This document shows positions 45,913 to 56,054 of a stretch of 64,000 nucleotides of DNA, piece after piece (position 1 is the first letter of the stretch; each line of letters starts with the position of its first letter). The stretch is taken from contig CAYVXJ010000009.1 in the NCBI GenBank assembly GCA_964454815.1, positions 29,775-93,774 of the forward strand, in the 5' to 3' direction. The position numbers and the translations under genes were made by a program. The notes under the pieces were generated by a model. That model worked only from the letters and a program-made list of their open reading frames with translations. It did not search any database and was not told the DNA's origin. This DNA is from an uncultured Candidatus Cloacimonadota bacterium (GTDB lineage Bacteria > Cloacimonadota > Cloacimonadia > Cloacimonadales > Cloacimonadaceae).

Positions 45913-48690
45913 TTAGTCCACAGTGATAGACTTGGAGACGTTCTTCGGGACGTCGGGATGCACCCCGTGATCCATGACTCCGAGCCTGTCGAGTTTCTTT
46001 AGCTTGCGCACGCTCATCCGAAGGGCAAGAAGCTGGAGGACGATCGTTGCCGAGAAGCTGGTCATCAGGCTGTCACCTGTTTTGGGCAGCATGATATAGC
46101 TCCAGCCGTAGTAACTGCCTTCATTAGGATTCGCGCTGGCATTTTTGAGCAGGTTCTGGTTCTCCTCGGCTATGACGTAAGTATTGGCGCCTCTGATCTT
46201 ATGCGTGTTGATCTGGGATATAGTGAGGTTTACATCTCGTTCGTCCGGACCCGTCACGTAGATCAAGGGATAATTGCGATACATAGGCTCGAAGAAATCA
46301 TGATTGGCGATCACCTCGTTAAAGAGCTGCGTGCCCGCCTTGGAAAGGTTAAAGGGGATATTCCTGGTGAAGATGTAGGTGCTCATGGCTTTGAACATCT
46401 CTTTGGTCTCCGCATGACTGATCCCACGTTCCGTCGCCAGGTCATCTATCTTGTCGATGATCTCGCTGTAGGAATTGACAAAGTTTCGGACATGCTTGAG
46501 CCCAAAGACCGTGTTCTTGCCCAGGATGGTGTTTGGTCCGTGCTTGAATTCAGATGCTTCGCGTCCCTCAGCATGGTTCAGAACCGTCTCACGTATCTTC
46601 AATGCAGCTTCCATGGCAACACCGGTGATCTTGGTCGCGAGAATGTGGATCGAGGGCTCCATATATATCTTGGCAGCCATCGCATCAACGAGGTCGGCAG
46701 TATTGTCGATCGTTTCCTTCAGCAATGAAGGGATGTCCCAGAGGGATTTATAACGCCGTTCCAGGATCTCTTTTTTGATCTTGGTCTCAGGATCATTATC
46801 CGGAAGCTTGGCGATCTGCATATCGGCAACCCTGATCGCCAGATAGTAGAATAGAGTGATCTGGTTCATGAAGCTCTTGGTCGCAGGAACCGCGATCTCA
46901 GGTCCACAGAGGATAGGAATGGCAACGTCGCTTTTCTCCTGACCCAGGGTGGAGTTCATATTATTGACGAGCACTATCTTGCGCACATCAAGCTGCTTCT
47001 TGTCTATGTCGTTAAAGATATCTATCAGGTCTTTGGTTTCCCCTGATTGGGACACTCCGATGATGAGGTCATTATTCTTGATGCAGTGGGAATACTCACC
47101 CCGGAACTCACCCGGAAGGATGGGCACGATCTCGATCCCGGCTATCTCGTTGAAGAAAAGCGCCGCAACTTTCGTGGCATTGTAGGAAGTTCCGCAGGCT
47201 ATCGTATAAGCATTGCGGTTGTTGTCTATGGTCACGTCTATTTGATCGAGGAAGTTCCTGACGCTGATCTCAAAGTCAATAACGTCAACCTGCTCAGCGA
47301 GTGAATCCAGTGCTTTTGCCATGACCAGTCGGCAGATATCAAAGTCCTTACCGACGAGATCGATAAAGACGTTCTTTTCTGCGGAGAAGAAGAACTTCTT
47401 CTCAAAGTCCTCTTTGACCGCGACATCGACAAGTTCCTTATAGTTTGCCGAGACGTGGTCAAACAGTCTGCAGGCGATCTCTGAAGCACAGAGATCGTTG
47501 AACTGCCCTTGTTTGGACTCATGATCCGCATTCCCAAGGATACTCAGCATCTGTGTAGAAAGGATCTCTTTGATATTCTCAGCTTCGATGACCTTGATCA
47601 ACCGCTTACCGCTGTTTGATCCTCCTTGGAAAAGCTTGATCAGCTTACCGGTGGATTCGGACTGGGCATAGATCTCCTGCTCCATGAAATACTCGAACTC
47701 AGGAAGCAATTCGACGTCTTCCGCGCGCAGCTTGGAAAACACAGGCTTGACCATGATCTTATCGCCCATCTTGTATTCCTCGTCAGCGTGACCCAGCTTC
47801 TTAAACCTTAGGTCTTTCTGAGCATAAAGCTGATAATAGTCTGCGGTATATTCGACGAATTCACCTTCTCTGAGATTGACCAAAAGCTTGGTAAAGCGAA
47901 GCACAGCGGTCAGATCACTGGAAGCGAGGGCAAACTTGTTCCCATCCTTCTCCCCTATTCCGAAATAGAGGCTGCTGCCGGCTTTGATCGCCCAAGATGT
48001 CTTGGTCACGGGATCGACGATGACAGCAGCATAGGATCCGACCATCTTCTGAGCGGTCTGGATGATCGCTCTGCGCATACAAGCTTTCCTTGCCTCGTGA
48101 TCCTCAGGGTTTCCGGCTCTGTCCATCTCGATGTCAAAATAGTGTTCAACGCTGTGAACCAACATTTCCCCGTCATTGTCGGAAAGAACCGTGTGTCCCT
48201 CCTGTGTCAGGAATGCTTTGAGTTCACGAGTATTGGTGATATTCCCGTTATGCGCTCCATAGATATGCCTTTTGCATTTGACCTCATGCGGTTGAGCATT
48301 GGTCTTGTTGACAAAGCCAAAAGTCGCCCAGCGCACCTGACCACAAAAGATCAGACCGGCTTGGCGTTCGATCCCCAGTGTCTTGACCAGGGTGCTCGGT
48401 GCTCCAACATCCTTGAGGAGAGTGATCTTTTCATCTTCTCCCTGAAATGCGGCACCGGTCGAATCATATCCCCGATATTCCAGCGCCTTGAGAAGCGTCG
48501 AGGCATATTCGCCGAGGTTGATCGTGACGTGTTGCATCGCCATCCCCAGCACTCCACAGCCTATCCCGGGGATCGGGACTTTGATGCGGATAACGGGATT
48601 GCGCTTCTCGATAAAGCTCAAAGGCTTACTCATGAGGAGCAAAGGCAGTCTGCGGGAAAGACCCGTGAGTTGTTCAGTTATATTTTTCAT
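45913..48690 (-). CDS. Oversized glutamine-fructose-6-phosphate aminotransferase-like protein (GATase II + 2 SIS domains with insertions)
   Basis: GCGVLG nucleophile region, RGYDSTG, two SIS blocks (CGTSYNA...SQSGETKD; EFKHGP), and a C-terminal KSITVD like the GlmS KSVTVE. 925 aa versus about 610 aa for typical GlmS. Confidence 0.65.
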   Translation of the reverse strand: MKNITEQLTGLSRRLPLLLMSKPLSFIEKRNPVIRIKVPIPGIGCGVLGMAMQHVTINLGEYASTLLKALEYRGYDSTGAAFQGEDEKITLLKDVGAPSTLVKTLGIERQAGLIFCGQVRWATFGFVNKTNAQPHEVKCKRHIYGAHNGNITNTRELKAFLTQEGHTVLSDNDGEMLVHSVEHYFDIEMDRAGNPEDHEARKACMRRAIIQTAQKMVGSYAAVIVDPVTKTSWAIKAGSSLYFGIGEKDGNKFALASSDLTAVLRFTKLLVNLREGEFVEYTADYYQLYAQKDLRFKKLGHADEEYKMGDKIMVKPVFSKLRAEDVELLPEFEYFMEQEIYAQSESTGKLIKLFQGGSNSGKRLIKVIEAENIKEILSTQMLSILGNADHESKQGQFNDLCASEIACRLFDHVSANYKELVDVAVKEDFEKKFFFSAEKNVFIDLVGKDFDICRLVMAKALDSLAEQVDVIDFEISVRNFLDQIDVTIDNNRNAYTIACGTSYNATKVAALFFNEIAGIEIVPILPGEFRGEYSHCIKNNDLIIGVSQSGETKDLIDIFNDIDKKQLDVRKIVLVNNMNSTLGQEKSDVAIPILCGPEIAVPATKSFMNQITLFYYLAIRVADMQIAKLPDNDPETKIKKEILERRYKSLWDIPSLLKETIDNTADLVDAMAAKIYMEPSIHILATKITGVAMEAALKIRETVLNHAEGREASEFKHGPNTILGKNTVFGLKHVRNFVNSYSEIIDKIDDLATERGISHAETKEMFKAMSTYIFTRNIPFNLSKAGTQLFNEVIANHDFFEPMYRNYPLIYVTGPDERDVNLTISQINTHKIRGANTYVIAEENQNLLKNASANPNEGSYYGWSYIMLPKTGDSLMTSFSATIVLQLLALRMSVRKLKKLDRLGVMDHGVHPDVPKNVSKSITVD

Positions 48691-48700
48691 CTTAGCTTCC

Positions 48701-49402
48701 TTATAGTTTATTTCGTTCGAGAAGCGATTCGGCGATGAGCCAGTCGCTTTCGTCGGTTATCTTTATGTTTGTATCACCGGTCAAGACGATATGCACGGGA
48801 ATGCCACTGTGTTCCAGAACGGAAGCATCATCCGTACAGACAAGCTCGTCCTCATACGCTTTGAGATAGGCTTCCCGGAGCAGTTCAAAAGCAAAGACCT
48901 GCGGGGTGTAAACTTGGACTAAGTCGCTTCGATCCACTGTCCGAATGACCTGATCTCCCAGAACCTGCTTGATGGTATGCTTGACCCTGGAACAGGGGAT
49001 CACAGCTTGCTTATCCAAAGCTTCACGATAGAGCCCTGCGATCAGTTCGGGGGAAATAAACGGTCTTACCGCGTCATGGATAAATACGTAGTCCGTATCT
49101 GCGGGACAGGCTTGCAGCGCGCCAAATATGGAGTCCTGGCGTTCAGCGCCTCCCGGGATTATCTTGATCGGCTTTTCGTCGCAGTTGTATTCTTCGATCA
49201 TCAGCCTGAGACTATCGATATCCTCTTCCGGAGCGGTGATGATGATATTGGTTATGCACTCCGCCTGCATAAAGCTGCTCAGTGTCCTGATCATCACAGG
49301 GATCCCGGCAAGGTCGCGAAACTGCTTTTTGACGTCACCTTTGAGTCTGGTTCCGCTTCCTGCCCCGGTAATAATGGCACAGTTACAGGTCACTTTCTCC
49401 AT
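48701..49402 (-). CDS. ispD: 2-C-methyl-D-erythritol 4-phosphate cytidylyltransferase
   Basis: AIITGAGSGTRL...KQF..L.G.PV N-terminus and VHDAVRPF motif. 233 aa. Confidence 0.9.
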   Translation of the reverse strand: MEKVTCNCAIITGAGSGTRLKGDVKKQFRDLAGIPVMIRTLSSFMQAECITNIIITAPEEDIDSLRLMIEEYNCDEKPIKIIPGGAERQDSIFGALQACPADTDYVFIHDAVRPFISPELIAGLYREALDKQAVIPCSRVKHTIKQVLGDQVIRTVDRSDLVQVYTPQVFAFELLREAYLKAYEDELVCTDDASVLEHSGIPVHIVLTGDTNIKITDESDWLIAESLLERNKL

Positions 49403-50331
49403 GAATAGGTCACCTCTCCTTTCGCCGATCCTGTAGATACCATATCACTTTTCACTAAGTGTCGTAGTGCCCTGCTGATCTCGTTTATATGGACGTCCAA
49501 TCTACTGCTGATCTCCTCGGCGCTGAGAGGCTCTCCCTCTAAGACGCTTTGGATCGAACTGATGAGAACTTCGTCAATGACGTTTGGTGCCTCGATCACG
49601 CGTGAGATGATCTCGGCTTCGAAAGGACATTGCTGTTCAAAAAAGTGCAAGACCCGAACCAGCCCTTCCTGTGAAGGCTTCGTCACCCAATCCTCGGTTC
49701 CCGTCCTATCCAGAGAGTTGATCTGGATCTTATCCGGCTTGATCCTGTTTATCGCGGAGGCAAGAGCGGAAAGCTCCTCATCCGTGTCATTCAAGCCGGG
49801 GATGATAAAGACTTCCAGCCAGATCTTTCCCCGATATTGCTCCCTGAAAGCTACGACCCCATCGACGAGATCCCCGATCTTCAGCCCCGGTTTGGGACGG
49901 TTGATCAATTCATAAACAGCTTGTGTCCCCGCATCCAGAGAGGGAAGGACAACATCGCAGGGATCGATCTCTTTCCAGAGTGACCTATCACCAAGCAGGA
50001 CGCCATTGGTCAGCAAGGCAAGCTTATACTGAGGATATTGTGTTTTGATATACGCGACGACTTCCCCGATCCCGGTGTACAGAGTAGGCTCACCCGCACC
50101 GGAGAAAGTGATATGATCGACATTCGGGTTTTCAGATATCGCGGCTTCAAACTCACTGATTATCTCGCTCACCGGGAAAAAGTCTTCCCTTTGGGTGACG
50201 AGATGGGTGGTCTTTTGCACCTCGCAATAGACGCAATTCAGCGGACAGTACTTAAACGGTACTAAGTCTATCCCGAGCGAGACACCCAGTCTTCGGGAGA
50301 AGACCGGGCCAAATATATGTTTGAATCTCAT
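49390..50331 (-). CDS. Radical SAM protein with a C-terminal winged-helix-like tail
   Basis: FGPVFSRRLGVSLGIDL...CPLNCVYCE (CxxxCxxC) motif. C-terminal LSAEEISSRLDVHINEISRALRHLV is HTH-like. Function unassigned. Confidence 0.65.
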   Translation of the reverse strand: MRFKHIFGPVFSRRLGVSLGIDLVPFKYCPLNCVYCEVQKTTHLVTQREDFFPVSEIISEFEAAISENPNVDHITFSGAGEPTLYTGIGEVVAYIKTQYPQYKLALLTNGVLLGDRSLWKEIDPCDVVLPSLDAGTQAVYELINRPKPGLKIGDLVDGVVAFREQYRGKIWLEVFIIPGLNDTDEELSALASAINRIKPDKIQINSLDRTGTEDWVTKPSQEGLVRVLHFFEQQCPFEAEIISRVIEAPNVIDEVLISSIQSVLEGEPLSAEEISSRLDVHINEISRALRHLVKSDMVSTGSAKGEVTYSWRK

Positions 50332-50334
50332 TTA

Positions 50335-52587
50335 TCAGAATGTAGTGCCAAACTGGAGATGCGGTTCCCAGGTACGTCCTTCGGGATTATAAGCATAGTC
50401 AAACCCGATCAGCCCAAACGGACTACGGATGCGGACTCCCGCTCCAACGCCTTTCTTGAGGCTCAGGAAGTTAAACTCTCTCAGTTTGTTGTAGCAATTA
50501 CCGGCATCAAAGAACATCACTGCAATGATCTGATCTCCACCAATTGGATAGCCCAGCTCGGTCGAGAATATGATCGCCCGGGTTCCACCGCCTGTAGGAG
50601 CTATGGAACGATCTGCATAACCGCGGATACCATCGGCACCTGTGCCGCCGAGATAGAACTTCTCATCCGGGGGTGCGTCCTCAGATCTGCCATAGGGGGT
50701 GACGTAACAGAAGCGCCATTTGGTGCGCAGAGTGATCTTCTTCCAAGTTTCGGTGTACCAGTTGACCTGCGCGATCTGCTTGAAGTAGTCAAAATCACCA
50801 CCCAGGATCCCACCGGCAAGCTCTGAATAGAGTGTGACCTGTGATCCCTTGGTCGGGAAGAACACGTTATCCCGGGTATCCCGGCTGATGGTGGCATTGA
50901 TAGCTGACGTATAACGCCAGGAAAGCCCGTCCAGCTCGATCAAGGTGCTATTGGATAATGTATCAGCAAGAATCTCATCCATATCCGTGATCTCATAACG
51001 CTTCGAATAGAAGGAATATCCGGCGACAAGACGCGTGCGGTTCACCCAAGGCAGGGACTGACCCAGTCGCAAGCTGGCACCGCGGGTAAAGATCTTGTAG
51101 TAAAAAGAGCTCCAATCCTTCTGAGTGTAATAGGCGTTCGTGCCAAAGAGGATATCCGTATCATAGAGATTGGGATTGGTGAAGTCAAATTCGAAGTTCT
51201 GCGTTGCTCCGCCAAACTCCCATTTGATCCCGCTCGACCAGTTATTGCCAAAGAGGTTGTTCATGGAAACGGAAAGCTCACCGACGAAGCCATCGGAGGA
51301 GTTGTAGCCGACGCCGCCATTGGCGACTCCGGATGCTTTGTCCATGACGTCGATATGCAGGTCGATATCTCCCGCATTGTTGATCCGGTCATAATCGAGC
51401 TTTATATCCGGCTCAAAGAAGCCAAGATTGTAGATGTTCTGCTGACTGCGAACGACCTGAGACTGCCGGAAATAGTCTCCCGGAGCGATCTCAAGCTGGC
51501 GTCTGAGGACCTTGTCCTTGGTACGCATGTTTCCGGTGAAGTGGATCTGACGGATCTTTGCCCGTGTACCTTCTTCGATCTTGAGCTGAACGATCACCTT
51601 GCCATCGGCTTTGACGTAGTTCGGCTGGATATTGGCATAGATATAGCCTTCGTCAAAATACAGGCTATAGACCTTCTGGAGCTGCTTTTCATATTTTTCC
51701 TGGTCAAAGACCTCACCGGTCTGGAGGGTAAAATTGCTCATCAGGTTCTCGGTAGTGAACTGACTATTACCTTCGATCTCTGTCTTATCATAAAGATACT
51801 TGGCACCTTCGTTGATAGTGATATTTAGCTCCAGATAGCGTTCGGAGACCGGGATCAGCTCATAGGGACCGACCCGGACGTCGATAAACCCGTTCTTCTT
51901 GTAGAAATTGGTCAGGCTGGTAAGATCGGCGTCAAACTTCTCTTGTTCAAAGCGACCTGATCTGAGGAGGTTTGCGGTCTTGGTCTTCATCCTGCGGGCA
52001 AGAGTCTTATCCTCAAAGCTATCATTGCCGATAAAGTTTATCTTGCGCAACGCAACCCTGCGTCCTTCATCGACGAATACCGTCAACGCGACTCTGTTTT
52101 TATCCAGCTTCTTTTCGTTGACTTCCATCGTGACGTTGGCGAAGCCTTTGCTCGTATATTCCGCTTTGAGCTTCTTGAAGAGCTGGTTCTTGAGCTGATC
52201 CGACCAATATGTACCCTGACGGATAACGACCAGTTCATCCAGCTTCTCATCCTTGACGGACTTCATTCCCACGTAGGAAACTGAAGCGACTATCGGGTTC
52301 TCGACCACCTGTATAATGACGTTGATCCCGGTGCGATAAGGCTCGGAAAGAACCTGAATATCGGAGAAGATCCCCATTTTGTAAAGAACTTTGATCGACT
52401 CCGCGACTCCATCGGGATCCATCGACTCACCGACGTGAATGCTGATGGCGGATTTGACCAGTTCGGGATCGATATTCTGCGTACCGACTACCCGTATATC
52501 GTATATTGTCTCCCCGGCTGCAAAGACATTGCCAAGAGCCAATAGCATGGCTACCATGATCAGGATATGCTTCAAATTTACTCGCAT
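50335..52587 (-). CDS. bamA: Outer membrane protein assembly factor BamA
   Basis: Signal peptide, repeated POTRA-like modules, and a C-terminal barrel ending ...LQFGTTF. 750 aa. Confidence 0.85.
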   Translation of the reverse strand: MRVNLKHILIMVAMLLALGNVFAAGETIYDIRVVGTQNIDPELVKSAISIHVGESMDPDGVAESIKVLYKMGIFSDIQVLSEPYRTGINVIIQVVENPIVASVSYVGMKSVKDEKLDELVVIRQGTYWSDQLKNQLFKKLKAEYTSKGFANVTMEVNEKKLDKNRVALTVFVDEGRRVALRKINFIGNDSFEDKTLARRMKTKTANLLRSGRFEQEKFDADLTSLTNFYKKNGFIDVRVGPYELIPVSERYLELNITINEGAKYLYDKTEIEGNSQFTTENLMSNFTLQTGEVFDQEKYEKQLQKVYSLYFDEGYIYANIQPNYVKADGKVIVQLKIEEGTRAKIRQIHFTGNMRTKDKVLRRQLEIAPGDYFRQSQVVRSQQNIYNLGFFEPDIKLDYDRINNAGDIDLHIDVMDKASGVANGGVGYNSSDGFVGELSVSMNNLFGNNWSSGIKWEFGGATQNFEFDFTNPNLYDTDILFGTNAYYTQKDWSSFYYKIFTRGASLRLGQSLPWVNRTRLVAGYSFYSKRYEITDMDEILADTLSNSTLIELDGLSWRYTSAINATISRDTRDNVFFPTKGSQVTLYSELAGGILGGDFDYFKQIAQVNWYTETWKKITLRTKWRFCYVTPYGRSEDAPPDEKFYLGGTGADGIRGYADRSIAPTGGGTRAIIFSTELGYPIGGDQIIAVMFFDAGNCYNKLREFNFLSLKKGVGAGVRIRSPFGLIGFDYAYNPEGRTWEPHLQFGTTF

Positions 52588-52722
52588 TCTTCCTCCAGTA
52601 GAAGTGAATTGACGTTTTATACAAAGCCTGTTTTTCGTAAAGTCTTTTTTTACGCTGAAAATTATCCCTTATATGGAAACTAATTTGCATCTGGAATTCG
52701 CAATAGGAAAGCGGGAGTCAAT

Positions 52723-55650
52723 ATGACCAAGTCACTGAATACACTGTTTCTGATCCTAACGATCAACCTCGGGATCATTTGTTCCCTAAACGCTACTCCC
52801 GGTAGCAGATGGCAAGATCCTTCAGCGGAGCTTTATCCATATTCCGGCGCGGCTCAGCCTCTCATCCGGGATAGCTATGAAGCCAGAGCCGATTCCGCCC
52901 ATGGTTTTGATGTACAAAAATACGTGATCACTCTGGCGATAGATCAGCAAGCTCACACGATCTCCGGGAATGTCGTAGCGACCGTTTTGGCGACCTCAAA
53001 CCTTTCCTCGATCGCCTACAATCTCGAGAGCCTTTCCGTATCTTCCGTGCTGGTGAATAACTCCCCGGTGACGTTTACTCACACCAACGGGATCATCACC
53101 ATCCCCGTGAATGCGTCTCCCGGGCAGACCTTCACCACCAAAGTGATATATTCCGGAGCTCCCGTGCTGACCCCAAATGGCTACCATATCGGGATGATCT
53201 TTAGCAACAACACCGTCTTCACCATCTCCGATCCGGATGCTTCGCGATACTGGTGGCCCTGCTACGACCATCCCTGGGATAAAGCCATCGTGGACTTGAT
53301 CATCACGATGCGTTCCGACTGGAAAGTGGCAGCCAATGGCTTGCGTCAGAACATCGTCGATAATGGCAACGGCACTTCGACGACGACCTGGCTGGGGCAG
53401 CATCCCATGACTACCTATCTTGCCTGCATCACCTGCGGACCTTATCAGGAGATAGACCAAACTGCCCTAAACGGCAGTCTCCCGATCAAGAACTTCGTAC
53501 CCCAGAGCATGTACAACAATGCCCTGCTCGATCTTGCCGATCTTCCGGCTATGATAAACTACTTTTCTGCCATCTTCGGCACATATCCCTTTGAAAAATA
53601 TGGCAATAGCGTCGTGACCATGTCCACCTACGGCGCGATGGAACACCAAACGATGACGACCCTGGGAAACTACATCATCAACGGTCAGGGAACCTATGAA
53701 CTCGTCATCGCCCATGAACTCGCCCACCAATGGTATGGCAACGCGGTCAGTTTCCTCACCTTCAAAGACGTCTGGCTCTCGGAAGGATTTGCGACCTATT
53801 CCGAGTTCCTCTGGACGGACAAGGTCTTTGGCTGGCCTTCCGCCGCAGCTTATGCCGGCTCTTCCTATCATGACTACTATATCAACTGGGAAAATAGCTA
53901 TGGAACCGCGGCACGGATCTACGACCCCGGTTTTATGGACTACTTCAGTCCCCCGTCCTACGAAAAAGCCGCTTCCGTACTACACATGCTGCGTCTGAAG
54001 ATCGGCGACGCGCATTTCTTTACCCTGCTTCATAACTGGTTTGAGACCTACAAATACGGAAATGCGATCACCTCCGAGTTTCAAGCCATGGCAGAGAGCA
54101 TCAGCGGGATGGATCTCGACCAGTTCTTTGCCCAGTGGATCTACGGAACGGGCATTCCCAGCCTTGAATATGGCGTTTTCTCCCGCAGCGGAGCTCAAAG
54201 CAGTTCCAAAGTCATCGCAAGGACAAGCTCTCCGACCGCTACAAGCTTCAATATCGACGTCCCTTTCCGCTTCACGAATCAAGCTTCCTCTGACTCATTA
54301 CTCGTTCATGCAGCTTCGGACTGGACTACGACGCTTGGCTCCGGTTCCTTCGTCCCTACCGGTTATGAGGCGAATTACAACCACTGGACTCTGCTTCGCG
54401 GCACGACGGAGATCAAGACGACCCTCAGCGAATGCCTGCCTTCAAATTCGACCATTCTCCTCTCCTGGATCGCTCCGACGCTTCCCGGCTCCTTCAGCTA
54501 CCGCGTCTATCGCCGTTCACAGGGACAAACGGGCTGGACTTTGATCCACACGACCCAGCCGAATATCCTCACCTATCTCGATAACACTGTCTCAAACGGC
54601 ATCACCTACAGCTATAGGGTCCGCGCCGTGGACAGTGATGGCTATGAACTCCTCGGTGCGAACGTGCTCGAGGGAACTCCGATCGCTTTCAGCTTTGCCA
54701 ACGATCTCCTCGTGGTCGATGAGACCAGGGACGGGACGGGAACCGCCATCAGTCCCGATGATGCGATGGTTGATAACTTTTATGCGACCTGCCTCAATCC
54801 CATCGTCTTCGATACCTGGGATGTCGCGACTTCCGGGATGCCAACCCTTACTCAGCTTGGAGCTTACAAGGTCATCCTCTGGCATGCGGACGACTTCTCC
54901 CAAAATATGCTGGGGGATTTTCAATCGATCCTCGGTGGTTACATGCTCGGTGGTGGGAAGGTCGTCCTCTCCGGCTGGAAGACCTCCTCGACCCTGACCC
55001 AGACCTTCTGGGATCGCTTCGCCAATGGCATCACCCCGACCTATGACAATGCCGCTGTGCTCCTCGAAGCGGATTCGAATATCTATCCAGATCTCTCTGT
55101 GGACGTGATGAAGCTGACTCCCTCGTGGAACGGAGCCTTGCCGATGATCTACACCTTCCCCGGCGTGGCTAATCCCATCTACACTGCTGTGATGTCCTCC
55201 CAAAGCCCCAATAACGGCAGCCCCGTTGCCTTCCATAACACCGCAAATGGCAACCTGACTTTCTTTGGATTGCCTCTTTACTTTATGGAGCAAGAGGACG
55301 TTCGCCCCATGCTCCAGAGCATGATCAGCGGTCTGCTCGACCCCACCGACAATGGCGATCCGATGCCGCCACCCCAGGCATTGCTCTATGCCTACCCCAA
55401 TCCCTTTAACCGCTCCATGACGATCAAGTTCATGCTCCCGCACAGCGCTGCTCCACGCATCGAGATCTTTAATCTGCGTGGTCAGATCGTCCGCTCATAT
55501 TCCCCGGGGATCCTCTCCCCCGGTCCTCTGCATGAGATAAGCTTCGATGGCAAGGATCAGCAGGGGAACCCTCTTGCCAGCGGTGTCTATACGATCCGCT
55601 ACAGCTTTGAAGATAAAAAAATCATCCACCGGATCAGCCTGATAAAGTGA
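52723..55650 (+). CDS. M1-family zinc aminopeptidase fused to FN3, an uncharacterised roughly 330-aa module and a T9SS C-terminal sorting domain
   Basis: GAMEH(Q) exopeptidase motif variant. HELAHQWYGN...WLSEGFATY zinc site. FN3-like YSYRVRAVD. CTD is YPNPFNRSMTI...IFNLRGQIV...GVYTIRY. Confidence 0.85.
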   Translation: MTKSLNTLFLILTINLGIICSLNATPGSRWQDPSAELYPYSGAAQPLIRDSYEARADSAHGFDVQKYVITLAIDQQAHTISGNVVATVLATSNLSSIAYNLESLSVSSVLVNNSPVTFTHTNGIITIPVNASPGQTFTTKVIYSGAPVLTPNGYHIGMIFSNNTVFTISDPDASRYWWPCYDHPWDKAIVDLIITMRSDWKVAANGLRQNIVDNGNGTSTTTWLGQHPMTTYLACITCGPYQEIDQTALNGSLPIKNFVPQSMYNNALLDLADLPAMINYFSAIFGTYPFEKYGNSVVTMSTYGAMEHQTMTTLGNYIINGQGTYELVIAHELAHQWYGNAVSFLTFKDVWLSEGFATYSEFLWTDKVFGWPSAAAYAGSSYHDYYINWENSYGTAARIYDPGFMDYFSPPSYEKAASVLHMLRLKIGDAHFFTLLHNWFETYKYGNAITSEFQAMAESISGMDLDQFFAQWIYGTGIPSLEYGVFSRSGAQSSSKVIARTSSPTATSFNIDVPFRFTNQASSDSLLVHAASDWTTTLGSGSFVPTGYEANYNHWTLLRGTTEIKTTLSECLPSNSTILLSWIAPTLPGSFSYRVYRRSQGQTGWTLIHTTQPNILTYLDNTVSNGITYSYRVRAVDSDGYELLGANVLEGTPIAFSFANDLLVVDETRDGTGTAISPDDAMVDNFYATCLNPIVFDTWDVATSGMPTLTQLGAYKVILWHADDFSQNMLGDFQSILGGYMLGGGKVVLSGWKTSSTLTQTFWDRFANGITPTYDNAAVLLEADSNIYPDLSVDVMKLTPSWNGALPMIYTFPGVANPIYTAVMSSQSPNNGSPVAFHNTANGNLTFFGLPLYFMEQEDVRPMLQSMISGLLDPTDNGDPMPPPQALLYAYPNPFNRSMTIKFMLPHSAAPRIEIFNLRGQIVRSYSPGILSPGPLHEISFDGKDQQGNPLASGVYTIRYSFEDKKIIHRISLIK

Positions 55651-55654
55651 CGAT

Positions 55655-55795
55655 TTCCCGGTCTGAACTCAGACCATTACCTAAAGATTCCCGCGTGATC
55701 CCCGCGTGAAGCCCGCGTGATTCCCGCGTGAGCACGCGGGAATCACACGGGGATCACTCGGGTATGACACGGGCTTTCCTTGGTGAAGCTAAGAC
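55655..55795 (-). repeat. Composite intergenic element, copy 4 (canonical on minus strand; linker-distal array missing)
   Basis: CAGACCATTACCTAAAGATT linker followed by dyad 55687-55774. The element abuts the peptidase stop, so the TCATGAGAG-type array is absent. Confidence 0.85.
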
Positions 55796-55919
55796 TATAC
55801 ATTGAGATGGGATAGTCGTTGCTTTCGGCTCATTGGTTGTATTCTCTACTGCTCTCCACTTTGTCCCTATTGCTCGCTTCCTCTCATCTTCGGTTATTCC
55901 CTCAGTCTTCTTGTATGAA

Positions 55920-55974
55920 GTTCAAGAAAAGTACAAGTTGAGTACAAGATGAGTACAAGTTGAGTACAAGCGGA
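55920..55974. repeat. Five tandem 11-nt units (GTACAAGTTGA type)
   Basis: GTTCAAGAAAA GTACAAGTTGA GTACAAGATGA GTACAAGTTGA GTACAAGCGGA, read directly from the sequence. Confidence 0.9.
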
Positions 55975-56054
55975 TCAAGAGGAATCGAGGGTCAGGAGAC
56001 TAAGAGATCAAAGCGGATCTGAGAGGGGTAATGGGGATAAATATGATCAATGAC

